The translations under genes were made by a program, and so were the position numbers. The notes below the pieces were generated by a model. The model worked only from the letters and a program-made list of their open reading frames with translations, was not told the origin of the DNA and did not search any database. Below, piece after piece: positions 53,601 to 64,000 of a DNA stretch of 64,000 nucleotides; position 1 is the first letter of the stretch, and each line of letters begins with the position of its first letter. The DNA lies in NCBI GenBank assembly GCA_905331295.1, contig CAJNYD010000407.1:248001-312000 (forward strand), written 5' to 3'. Source of the stretch: Rotaria socialis (taxonomy: Eukaryota).

Positions 53601-54234
53601 GGAAGCGCCTACATGGATTAAAATATCACAAACACCTGAACTTAGTAAACTGCATGCACTATCATTCAATGGTAGAATCTTGCGATAATTCAAAACAATA
53701 ACATGATGTATGAAATTCTCTGAATAGATCCTTACCTTGAAGTCACAAAACGTAATCTTTCTGATGAACATGATACATCAGAAGCAACAGCTGAAGTACT
53801 TCTTAATTGTTTCTATTTGTGTATATTCACATTTTGATTAGGCATATTATGATTTTCGAACGAATCTATGGGCGAATGGCTCAGCACCGGCATCAGCGTA
53901 AAAAAAGCTTTCATATTAATCAAAAATCAAAAAAAAAGAATAAAAGTATTGTTTATGAATGTTTATTTAACAGAAAAACAATACCATTGACAAAACAAGA
54001 ACATTCATCTTCTGCTGCGAAAATCTCCGATAAATCAGCATCGAGAACAACTAAAGATAAGAAAGTAACAGTGGCCAAAACTGCGTCGAAAAGTAATCCC
54101 TTGTCAAAAACAAAGTCAACTTCAAAATCTAAAGGTTTCTCGGTATCATAGTTAACCGTCATATTCCTACGTCGTGTTTTCTTTTAGGTAAAAATCAAGC
54201 AAGCAAACAAAAAAGCAAAAATAAAAAGAAATGA
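50699..54234 (+). CDS. Kelch-repeat protein with basic low-complexity N- and C-termini
   Basis: Kelch blades IFVIGGYN, SPCRIHFGVYTNGDAIYVAGGQ, IQRLNLRTLKWEYVATL, RIYIAGGYD, DLPSPRCRSLVFVVDNALFCVSG and PTWIKISQTP. The K-rich tail ends in TGA at 54232-54234. The start could alternatively be the ATG near 50930. Confidence 0.8.
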
Positions 54235-55157
54235 ACAAATATTATTGACAGAAAAATAAAGGAATAGTGTTACTATTGTGTAAAACTGTCTAGTCGATAT
54301 TTAGAGTAATTACTATCATTGGATTCTACTTTTTCAATTCGCAATAATTAGAATAATTGTTAAAAATTTACATGTTCTAATTGATCACACAACGAAAACA
54401 TTTACGAATGACAAGTAGATAAACAATTAAATTAATGTTGCCTCCTTCCATCTATAAACAAAACAAAACATTGATTAGAAGATTTTATAGCCATCTCAAC
54501 TCACATTCGTTCACAATAAATTGAATCAATAAATATTCCCTTGCTTTCAATTATCTTTGATATTCATTATATTCTTTTTCAAAGTAAAAAGTATTCATAT
54601 GTTCTACTCTTTCATTTTGTACCGCCTTAGAAGTGAATATCTATTCATTTTCTTTATACTTCATTATCAATTGTCACATGGTCAAAAATTCTTGTCGTGA
54701 AAATAAAAAAAGAAAATGTCCTAAAGACCTTATTTCCTGTTAAATAAACATTGAGATGAATTTGTCGATAATCCATTTAGAACTAAAACAGCTCGTCTAT
54801 CACCGGATTATCTCCAATCATTTGTAGACAATAAACACTAATCGAATAAACTTGTTAACGTGTGAGGTAGAAGTGGAATTTTTTCTTGCTTCCGGCATAG
54901 ACGTATATCTATCTTAATTGACCATCGAGAGAAAAGGCGATGGACACATACCGAGCCGCGCGCATTAGCACACATATTTGATTCGGTAATCAATTAGAAA
55001 GAAAACGTAAGACGACAAATAGATTGGCTTATAATAACAATAGACAAAAAGAGAGAAAATGCAAGAGAGAGGAATGCTCAACAAGAGATCGATATATATA
55101 TATATATATAGAATGAACTAATATTATAATCTATCGATTTGGTGATATACACTAATC

Positions 55158-56242
55158 ATGCAAGGTAATATCCATTATAAGAATCGTATACACTAAAGGT
55201 AAAGTTAATTCTTAAATTTTGTTTTCAGTTTGTCAACACCGTCCATACGAATGTATTCAAGTTTCCTATCGTGGTATTAGCAAATGTATAACGAATTTTA
55301 ATCGTCTAACCACAGTTAGTCATGTTATTGATGCATTACTCGATGATTTATCTGAAATACGTTATTTATCTGCAAATGATTGTTGTTTATATATTGAACG
55401 TCAACCATATTTATTTCCATTAAAATCCACAGATTTCATTCAAGATATTCTACTACGTTACACAGCAACACATGTACATTTTAAATTATCATTTAAACGT
55501 AATTCATCACCGTCACGTTTTGCACAACGTAAAAGACTTCTGCGAACAGCAGGATATATACAACCATCACCAGTAATAAATGCCTATGAACAGTTAAAAA
55601 TTCAAGAATCATTAATTCGACGGCAGCATGAAATCATAACGCAATTAAGAAAAACAAATCTATCCAGTGATTGTCGTATTCAACAAAATGGAACATCAAA
55701 TTATGGAAATTATTTGGATTGGATTACTCAAAATGAGCATGATGGTGATATGAGTGACGATAGCAAGTATGTATGAAAAAGTGTAAAAATAATTCTGCAT
55801 AGTTAAATCTCGTCATATTTGAATTTCTAGAACTTCATTGGGTTTAATGTCAACATCCAGAAGACATTCACGTCAAGATGAATATCTTAAAGCAGTTAAT
55901 CATGAAACAGTTAATTCTAGGCGTTCATTATCACGCGTTCGTTTTCGTCCGTCAACTATAATAAATACAGATGAAATTTCAACATCACTGACACAAGTGA
56001 AAAGCATTTTAAAAAAGGGTGCAACAAATTATTCTCATATTCCTCGAACTTCAAGTGTCGATCGTGATATCAATCGATTAATATCTACTAAACAACGTAG
56101 AAACAGTCTATACACATTTGATGATGCCGATGATGATAATTTAACTGATCGAAGTACAACAGACTCGTGTTTAGGTTCACTTTCATCTGACGATAATAAT
56201 AGTTATGTTATCAATCAACAACAATTAGAAACACTTGTATGA
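55158..56242 (+). CDS. N-terminal Ras-association domain protein, RASSF9/10-like (3 exons)
   Basis: IQVSYRGISKCITNFNRLTTVSHVIDALL..VHFKLSFKR resembles the N-RASSF RA domain. A short coiled coil follows, and the C-terminus TDSCLGSLSSDD..LETLV* resembles RASSF9/10 endings. Confidence 0.6.
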
Positions 56243-56715
56243 GCTTTTTCTCAATCTTTTTTCTTGCTTTTTTTTTGTTTGCATTTATTAAACTAACTTG
56301 TGTTTTGAATGTAAAAAAATATGAATTAGAAAAACGTGCTGCCTTTTATTTATTGAAGAGGAGAAAGAAGAAGCAAAAGAATATCGACTTGTTGTTGTTT
56401 TTCTTTCAACATAATTTCCGCTGATTTTTTTTATTGCGATAAAATAAAAGAGAAAAGAAAAAAACTGAAAACTTACGACACATGTGTGACAGTAAAGTAA
56501 AGCACCCATCATCGTCGTCTATGATTTTTTCGAGACAAGCCGAAGAATTAGAGAAGTAAAAACACAAAAAAAGAAATTGTAGAACCAAAAACGTTTTTTT
56601 TATGATAAATAAGTTTCTCAGAGGAAAAAAAACATACTAAGCATATATACATACGTCAGAATAGTTTTATTTTTATTTTATTTTCTTCTTGCTTGTCATC
56701 ATAACAAGAATAATA

Positions 56716-58134
56716 ATGTCACAAACTAATGGTGTTATTACTGCTACTATATCTAATAATAAATTGAACATTAATGATACTACTACTACTAATAATAATA
56801 ATGTTGATAGTGCATTAGAAGTTCTACAAAATCTATTAACATTAGCTCCTGTTTTAAAACAAAATTTAATTTTAATGTCTCAACAATTAACACAATTTAT
56901 TAATTATAGTGAGGATTTTCAAAAGCTGAATTCAACAATTCAATTAATGCAATTAAAACAAGAAAAACTTGAAAGAGAATTAGAAGAATTTCGAAACGAT
57001 CGAAGCAATATTGATAAACAATTAGAAATAAATGCTGAAGATCGTGTTTATCTTGATATTGGGGGGCAACGTTTTACGACAACAGTTAAAACGTTGATAC
57101 AACGAACAAATTCAACATTTTTTCAAACGCTTATTAATGAAAAATGGAATGTCAATACAAATTCTTTTGACAAACCAATTTTTATCGATCGTGATGGACG
57201 TTTGTTTGATATTATTCTTAAATATCTTCGAACAGGTGAATTAAATATTGAAGAGAAAAAACTACTGAAAGAAGTATTAACTGAAGCAAAATTTTATAAA
57301 TTAAGAACTTTAGAAGATAAAATAAATTTAATGTTAAAAAAAGATGAACTACATACGACTGCTAATTCATTTGAGATTATTAATCAATCACCACCGTGCA
57401 GTCCCTTATCAGCGCTTACCAAATCTCGTTTCTCACCTTTTGCATCTGGATTATTACCGAATAGTGCAACACGTGTACTACCCATAAGTCCATTTTCTCC
57501 ATCGAAATCGAAAATTCATCCAGCTCAAACAGCATTATCGTGGAGATCAAATGTATCGTTAGAAAATCGCCTAAATATATTTCTTGGGAGTACCTTATTG
57601 ACGACTGAATATGAAGAAAAACTTCTTGAATTTATAGGCGATAATATTCAACAGCAGCAACCATGGAGTTTAATTTTTAGAGCTAGTGAACATGGTTATG
57701 ATGCAAGTGATTTTCATCGTTGCTGTGATTCATTTGCACCAACAGTATCAATTATTCAAACTGATTTTGGGAATATTTTTGGTGGTTTCACATCAATACC
57801 GTGGAGCTCACCTGACTTACGCTCTGATCAAGCGGATCCAAAAGCTTTTTTGTTTACATTGAAAAATAGTTTAAATGTTTCGCCAACAAAATTTCCTGTT
57901 GCTCAAGAATATCAACAAAGTGCAATAAGTCATAATCCAACATGTGGTCCTAATTTTGGTTCACCAAAAAACGAAGGAAGTGATTTATGTTTAAGAAATA
58001 AGTTTAATGAGAAAACTAATTGTATATTTTTTCCCAAAAGTTATATTGATTCAACTAATCTAGGTGGTTTAATATTTGCTAAAAAATATTTCGCATGTAA
58101 AGAAGTGGAAGTATTTACATTGATGCCCATTTAG
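56716..58134 (+). CDS. Intronless coiled-coil + KCTD-type BTB/POZ + TLDc domain protein
   Basis: BTB: VYLDIGGQRFTTTVKTL..FIDRDGRLFDIILKYLRTG..EAKFYKL. TLDc: WSLIFRASEHGYDASDFHRCCD..GNIFGGFTSIPW..AFLFTL..GPNFG..DL..EVEVF. First ATG at 56716. Confidence 0.92.
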   Translation: MSQTNGVITATISNNKLNINDTTTTNNNNVDSALEVLQNLLTLAPVLKQNLILMSQQLTQFINYSEDFQKLNSTIQLMQLKQEKLERELEEFRNDRSNIDKQLEINAEDRVYLDIGGQRFTTTVKTLIQRTNSTFFQTLINEKWNVNTNSFDKPIFIDRDGRLFDIILKYLRTGELNIEEKKLLKEVLTEAKFYKLRTLEDKINLMLKKDELHTTANSFEIINQSPPCSPLSALTKSRFSPFASGLLPNSATRVLPISPFSPSKSKIHPAQTALSWRSNVSLENRLNIFLGSTLLTTEYEEKLLEFIGDNIQQQQPWSLIFRASEHGYDASDFHRCCDSFAPTVSIIQTDFGNIFGGFTSIPWSSPDLRSDQADPKAFLFTLKNSLNVSPTKFPVAQEYQQSAISHNPTCGPNFGSPKNEGSDLCLRNKFNEKTNCIFFPKSYIDSTNLGGLIFAKKYFACKEVEVFTLMPI

Positions 58135-58949
58135 TTGAATGAAATTTTATTTTAAATTAATAGTTCAATTTAAAATTATCATTAATTAATTAATTAGTTG
58201 GTTAAATAAACATTCATACGTACATATATATATATATATTCGGATGTGTAATAAATGTATATGATTATAAATTTTAATAAAATACTAAGATGCGATACTT
58301 AAATTGAACTATTTGTTGTAAAAAAAATATAATTATTTGTTTCTTTTCATTTGAATATGAATAAGATTATTATTTGTATCAAATTAAGAAAATTATGGAA
58401 GAAATGTGTTTTGAGCACTGAAAAAAGGTGAAATGATTGTAGTTGATAGGTATTTTGCTATTAAATTATGATTAGCTCTACTCATATTGATTAATGCAAT
58501 GGCAATTCATAAATAATCTAATTGATTGGAATAATGATATGCATATGAAAGAAGTGTAAAAAAAAGTAAAAGTTACCAATAGCAAAAATATGTCAAATGA
58601 AGAATATCAGATTTTAAAATTGCCAAAACACTCGACGACGCTCATGTTATTCTAAAGCAGCATAATGTATCAAAATATCGAACGTCGAATTTATCGAGCT
58701 CTATACTAAACATTCTTATTGATGCAGCAATTATCGAAAATATCCATTATGCAAAATCAAAACACAAGTTTATGTTGACAATGATCACCTAACAGAAATT
58801 AAATTTATGCATAAAAATGCACATTGCCATGAACAACGTAATACAATAACTCGTCCACCATCACCTGTACGTGAATTAGCTTCAAACTACGCTTAATGAA
58901 ATATTACAGGCGTTCAAATTAAAAATTGATTATTTGTGAACGCTTCAAC

Positions 58950-59170
58950 ACCCCGGTCGAACAGTCTGGCCTGGAAACGGTCGGTTCCGTTGATTTTGTA
59001 GACGCAGTATTCCGCTTGGAAAATTTCCGGTGATTTCCGATCAATTCCTGCCGGAAAGCACCGGATCCTGGCAAGAATCTGCCGGAACCGTTCGGTCGTA
59101 TTTTTGACCGAAATACTGCTTCCATGTTCCAGCGATTTCCGTGTTTTCCTGCAGGATATGGTGGTACCTT
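58950..59170. mobile_element. GC-rich dispersed repeat / partial MITE with CCGG-rich subrepeats
   Basis: Sharp GC rise against AT-rich flanks, repeated (T)TCCGG motifs, and an internal inverted pair GCAGTATTCC / GAAATACTGC. Confidence 0.5.
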
Positions 59171-59694
59171 ATTATCATATTAATAATATCAATGACATTT
59201 TTGTATTGTTTACAACTAAACAGTTATTAAAAGATACACAATTTACATTCTTATTACAAGTCGAAAAAAGTTCGAACTGCCCTGTTATCATAAACTTTTT
59301 TTGTAATAATCATATTTCCATAATATTTATTTATTTATGACTATTTTTGTATTCTTCATATTGTTTTGTCGGATGACATTATTTTTTTTTCTTAGTTCGC
59401 ATAGATAAATTTGGTGCTCATTTCACTATTCCTTCGGTGCTCAAAACACTCCCACGCCAAAAATTATTTTGTACATTTGCTGTATCATTTTATTCTATTA
59501 TTTTAAATTGGTGTATGAAGACATTAAATTTGAAAAGTTAACAGAATGGATTCTCACATAGAATTAAATCGTACTCACATTTAATACGTTATTCCTAAGA
59601 GGAAGTAATTAATTTTTAAATATTGCTACGGTAATCTTTCTATAAAATATTTATTTGCTACTGTAAAGTGCTGATTATCAATATTTCTTTGGAT

Positions 59695-59968
59695 CCCTAA
59701 TCGACTGCCCGGGGAGTCCCCGTAAAATAACGAAATCCCTGGGGAGTCCCTGTCGTGAGTCCCCGGGGATTTCTCTGGGGAGAATTGATGAAATTTTTTA
59801 AAATAAAAAAAAAACTTTAATTTTTTTAATTTTTAAAAAATTAAGAAGAATTTATTAGTAATTAGTTATTTCATCGATTTTGACCAGACAACTCCCCGGG
59901 GAGTCCCCGCAAAAGAACGAAATCCCTAGGGACTCCCTGAGGATTCTTCTAGGGAGAGTTGACTAGGG
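59695..59968. mobile_element. MITE with TIRs and internally duplicated GGGGAGTCCCC palindromic units
   Basis: Ends CCCTAATCGACTGCCC / GGGAGAGTTGACTAGGG. Two copies of CCCGGGGAGTCCCCG-AAAA-AACGAAATCCCT-GGGA-TCCCTG flank an A/T spacer. Confidence 0.8.
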
Positions 59969-60993
59969 GATACTTGCAATTTGACACTAAATAAAAACAT
60001 CATCACCAGTAAAATGTTTTTGTTCTTCATATTGCCACTGATAATTTTATCAATTTTGTTCTCATATTGAAACAAACTTTCTGAAGACATCTAGATTATC
60101 TTGATCAATGTTCTGCTAGTATTTTGTCACAAATTTTCAAGATTTTAGAATTAAATTTTAAACAAAGCTTCAATACAATAATATACTTGTCCATTTGGAT
60201 ATATCTTGACATAATTCTTTTAAATGTAATAACTATACTATCATGAATAAGGGAAGATATTTTTACTAAATGTCAAACTTTTCCCTAGGAAAAGAAGTTC
60301 TTGGGAGTATTGATTCAATTCTTTATATATCAAACTGATATTAGGATACAAAAATAAGTAACTACCAATGATGCCATGGGAATAGTTTTTGTACAAGTAC
60401 GAATTTTCGTTTTTTTTTAATGACATTAGTTCGAAATAAGCATGATCTGTAGGCATAGAAATACGCTTCTCATCATGACATCGTGCGTGATTGAGGATTA
60501 ACAAATGCAATTATTGTACAGCTCCTACTGGCCACATTCATAAGTCAGCATCATGCTCAATATTCAGAGGTAACTTAATGACCATTTTTCTGGTTGCATT
60601 GTCGGGAAAGATTTCTTGGATTGAGAAGAGTATCACTTTCAATGTATCAAATTAGACAGTGAGATTTATAGGCGAACAAGATAGTGATGATTGAAATTGA
60701 CAGAAAATAAATGATTTAAGCTAATGCTATTTATTTAATTAGTTGATGAAGAGTTCTGCATTTTTTAAAATTTTTCTCATTATATCTCGACTTGTACTAT
60801 ATTTGCATTCTGATTTATGGTGAATATAGAAGAATCTCGTAAGTGTATTACCGTATGATTATATGACCATTGTACATTCATTTCTATTGGCCGATCATAT
60901 TGAGAAAATCATCCGTATTATCTAAAAATTCACTGTCAGAACAAACATGAATTCTACTGCTGAATAAGCTGAAATCAAAGGTATCCTTTTCAC

Positions 60994-61121
60994 TAGGGGC
61001 GTAACCAGGGGGGTCTATGGGGGACTCAGCTCCACTACAGAGGTTTTAGCCTCCTCTCTCTACGATAGTTTTGACCGACGACTTAGCCCCCCTCTATAAT
61101 TTTTTTCTGGTGATGCCTCTA
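60994..61121. mobile_element. 128-bp hAT-type MITE with perfect 8-bp target-site duplication
   Basis: TIR TAGGGGCGTAACCAG / CTGGTGATGCCTCTA, with flanking direct repeat CTTTTCAC at 60986-60993 and 61122-61129. Confidence 0.88.
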
Positions 61122-64000
61122 CTTTTCACTATTGATAACATCATAAAATCGAAGCGATCATCGCCATAGATAGCTATAGCAAATAGAATATTGATAATAT
61201 ATCATTGTCTTGCCACTGTATTGTCTCTACGATTATTATGCAGTTAGCCGATATTATCTTCCAACTAAATGTGAAAAAGGATTTTTGAACACGACTAGTA
61301 TCAGTTAATTGAAATGCTGTAGTATTCATTTGATCAATTAGTGCTACCGTATTTACACATATGAAACGAATTATGTGTTTGTTCGATCGTTTATTTACCA
61401 ATAGACATGACACTAGTTTTTTGACCTTTTCTCATACAGATATCTACTATTCTTATATTATTTAATTGGAAACAGTTACCAAAGAAATATTCATATTTAA
61501 ACAACGTATCGTATTAGAAATTGTCAAGTTCGTTTTGTTATTGTTTTCTTTTTTTATTAACGCATTCCATTCATTTTCTCTATTAAATGCATTGCCACTA
61601 AAATGCAAAAACATCGACACAAGGTCTGCTAGGCAACCAACAAATGAAATATTTTTCTCGTTATTTTTATTATTGATAAGAAGCACATGTGTACTCTAAA
61701 GAAAAAGTATTAAATACATTTTTTTTGTCTATAGAAAGCTATCAAGAGCCTTACAATATATTACAATTTACTTTCGAATGTGTGCCAGAAACAGAAAATT
61801 TCTAATTTTTTCAAACACGAAAAATTGCACTAAGTGGGCTGCAACACCTTAGCGGAATTTGCACACAGAAATATTGTTGAAATAATAGAAAGTTTTGTTT
61901 TTCTTCTTCTTTTATCTTACACTAAATCGAACAATCTAAAAAGTGCCATAGACTGGACTTCGATCTAGAAATAAAAACACTCTGGTAAATACTCAAAGAA
62001 TAAATTATGTTATCTCATATAATGTTAAGTGCGCTTTTCAAAAGTATTAGATTATTTTAAAACAATAGAAATATGCAATTAAGAAAAAGTGTCCGAATAC
62101 AATCGCTTCTTTGAATTGGCATTTTCTTTTTTCCGTTGAACCATTTCCTGCCAATAATGTTGACTTTTATCGTTAGATTCATCGACTGTGAGTAATGGAC
62201 GAGTGAATATTAAATGTGAAACAATTCCATATTCCATATAATATGTTATGTGTATGACTTCTGTCGAAGAAAGTATTGATATGAAATTAGTGTAAAAAGA
62301 GTTCAAGACTAAATAAAAACCATGTTTACAATATAGGACACGAAACGCAAAATAATTGCTTTCGTTATTGTAATTGTACACAATAAAAAACAAACATATT
62401 CATTTCATCAAAAGCTACTTGTTATGTCTCATTTCATTGGTCTCTCTCATCAAAGCTGATATTGAAATATGTGTTGAGATGACAAATGAATTATCTTAGT
62501 TTACAAAAAATGTCATGTTATTGAAGAATAAAAAATATTACTACTCAATAGAATCCTAAAATGTCAAAACAGCTCATTCTGGTTCTTGCAATTTACTGTC
62601 TACATTGCTTAGCAACTTATAATACATATATGAAAGCAGAGAGCATTGCAAATAGTAAAACTGTGTGTTGCAATGATGCGTATTTCTGGAGAATGATAGC
62701 ACATGACTGCATTTAATTCGAAATCATATCTAATATATAAAAGCAAACAAACACTCAATTATTATTGTTTATAACAAAAAATTGATCCAAAACGACAAAA
62801 AATATAATATTTAGCAGTCGTCAAAGTGATTTAATAACAACTTTGATGTGAAAATAATTGCCAGTTCATGTTCTTATATTTAGATTTTCGGCGTTTAATC
62901 GCTGTCAATTTAGATTTTAGTACCTTTTAAATTGATGAAAAACTAACGACTGCAATTATTCATTGTAACTAAAACATACCCGTAACATCAGACACATCAT
63001 CAAACTAATGTTAAAAAGATCGGTTAAAAATGACAAGTAAACAACAGATGTATACAATAAAAGAGCATAGTAGAAAAAATAAAATGAGATGATAGAAACT
63101 ATTCTATTTAAAGATTTATATGAACGTCATTTGCTGGAGCAGACTTTGGTAGTTGACAACAACTTAGAAAACAATAACTAATTATTGTTCATTTTTTGGT
63201 GATAATCATTTATTTGCGTGTAAATTAGGCTAGGAATACTATCGAATTTGTCTATTTTTATCATCCAGTGGGCATTCATTGTTGTATCGGTCCATTTTAT
63301 TCATTGCAACAGATATTTTAATCGATAATATCACAATAGAGTGAAGTTAGTATCGGTATCATTATCTGATAAATTATACCATTGTATAATTCTTACATCA
63401 GAGTTTTGAAAACCAAGGTGTTTCCTTCTAAATTTTGACATCCTTAAATGCCAATAATGGACAAAACCTAGATGAAATATCACACATGAATGAAACGAAC
63501 TTGTTTAATTAAAAACGTAGCATCTAGCACATTGTATTATACGAAATAGAAATGAAAAGAAAATGATTAATGTCTAAAAACATATGATTTTATTATTCAA
63601 ACCTTGACAGTGAGGATGTTAGGAAGTAGTGTTCAGTCGATAAATATACGAGTCTAGGAAAGCAGCCATGTAGTTAAGATGCAGTAATGACTTTTCTATT
63701 CGTATCATAAATAAACAAATAAAATTCTAACACACTGCATCATGAAATAGTAAGAAAACAATATGTAAAATTAAGCAATTAAAATAAAATATTCAATTGA
63801 TTTTGAAACATCTTTTTAATTATACCAAGAAATTCTTCGAGAAGAAAACGATCTTAGAAATATACAACAGACTGTTTGTAATCATCAAATTGTAATTTGT
63901 TCTTTTGACACTATGACTCGTGACTAAGCGTAACTATTATAGAAGAAATATAAATACATTGAAAAAAAGATTGATTTCGATATGAAGGCCACTGTAAACT

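Noticed and set aside
11946..54234. Idea of a sex/sperm gene cluster (dsf, basic protein, Sxl-like, coiled-coil, kelch)
   Set aside because: The genes are interleaved with housekeeping genes, orthology to sperm-specific genes is not established, and each has plausible non-sexual roles.
59705..59945. Repeated palindromic units resembling a CRISPR array
   Set aside because: Only two modules, no regular unique spacers, enclosed by TIRs, in a eukaryotic context.
63110..63470. Possible minus-strand terminal exons
   Set aside because: Splice-like signals are present, but I could not join them into a stop-free frame.

Overview
This is AT-rich eukaryotic (animal) genomic DNA. It is gene-dense, with many short GT-AG introns of about 55-65 nt plus a few introns of 1-1.5 kb. 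Composition, intron size and gene content suggest a bdelloid rotifer, but that is inference only. I could reconstruct about 15 protein-coding genes by hand-splicing, in order: a RING/B-box-like/coiled-coil protein ending in a ubiquitin-like domain; a single-pass membrane orphan; an intronless secreted GIN/DUF2807 protein (HGT candidate); UMPS; an NR2E nuclear receptor closest to dissatisfaction; a very basic disordered protein missed by the ORF track; PPM1G; UBE2Z; an ELAV/Sxl-like 3-RRM protein; eIF4B; a very long coiled-coil protein; a MAM-like type I membrane protein; a kelch-repeat protein; an N-RASSF (RASSF9/10-like) protein; and an intronless BTB-TLDc protein. Several MITEs occur in introns and in the gene-poor last 6 kb, one with a clean 8-bp TSD. 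I found no rRNA, tRNA or CRISPR features. Exon boundaries were read by eye and internal ones are approximate. I cannot demonstrate a multi-gene novel system; the best leads are individual genes and the unusually tight head-to-tail gene spacing.
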